Origin: Seison nebaliae
Lineage: Eukaryota
Reading direction: 5' to 3'
NCBI GenBank assembly: GCA_023231475.1
Contig: JALJEE010001167.1
Coordinates: 1-33,589 of the forward strand
Length of the DNA stretch: 33,589 bases
Shown here: piece by piece, positions 33,404 to 33,589 of the stretch
How the letters are laid out: every line of letters begins with the position of its first letter
How positions within the stretch are numbered: position 1 is the first letter of the stretch
Notes under the pieces: generated by a model
The model's database searches: none
What the model was told of the DNA's origin: nothing
The model's input: the letters and a program-made list of their open reading frames with translations, nothing else
Position numbers and translations under genes: made by a program

Positions 33404-33589
33404 TGTTCGCCTCGCGAGGCGAACAGCTTCTTTGAAAATATTCTATCAATGAAAATATTCAGTAGGTATGACTATTTTCACAAAATGGCGTCATATTTCA
33501 ACAAAAATCGAGAAAAAACTAAAAAATGCTCGTTACATTTTCCTTGATAAAATCATGAATATTGATCCAAACTGTTTGATTTTTTGAAT
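33404..33589. mobile_element. Possible end of a non-autonomous Helentron/HINE-like element
   Basis: Perfect 22-bp GC-rich palindrome TGTTCGCCTCGCGAGGCGAACA (33404-33425) after a T run, followed by a CAAAATGGCG motif; truncated by the window edge. Confidence 0.3.

Overview
Gene-dense, very AT-rich eukaryotic DNA, almost certainly from an animal with a compact genome. It uses the standard genetic code, has tiny introns (mostly 39-69 nt) and poly-Asn/Gln proteins. A rotifer/syndermatan such as Seison is only my guess. Manual splicing gives about 16 protein genes: an OxlT-like MFS transporter, HSBP1, STARD7, a Met-less Glu/Lys-rich orphan abutting ABCB10, ZDHHC3/7, a small TM orphan, a GM2A/ML-domain protein, a 1374-aa CELF1/2 (Bruno), CDC37, UBE2Q, two further orphans, MPP10, a REEP-like protein and an 11-exon type-I membrane orphan with micro-exons. 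A frameshifted non-LTR RT lies at the left end and a possible Helentron-like element at the right end. The main unusual signal is in splicing: 34 of 35 inferred coding introns (22 of 23 in recognisable genes) start GTT instead of GTR, and only 7 have +5G. This suggests altered 5' splice-site recognition. All gene models were built by hand from sequence alone, with no transcript or database evidence.
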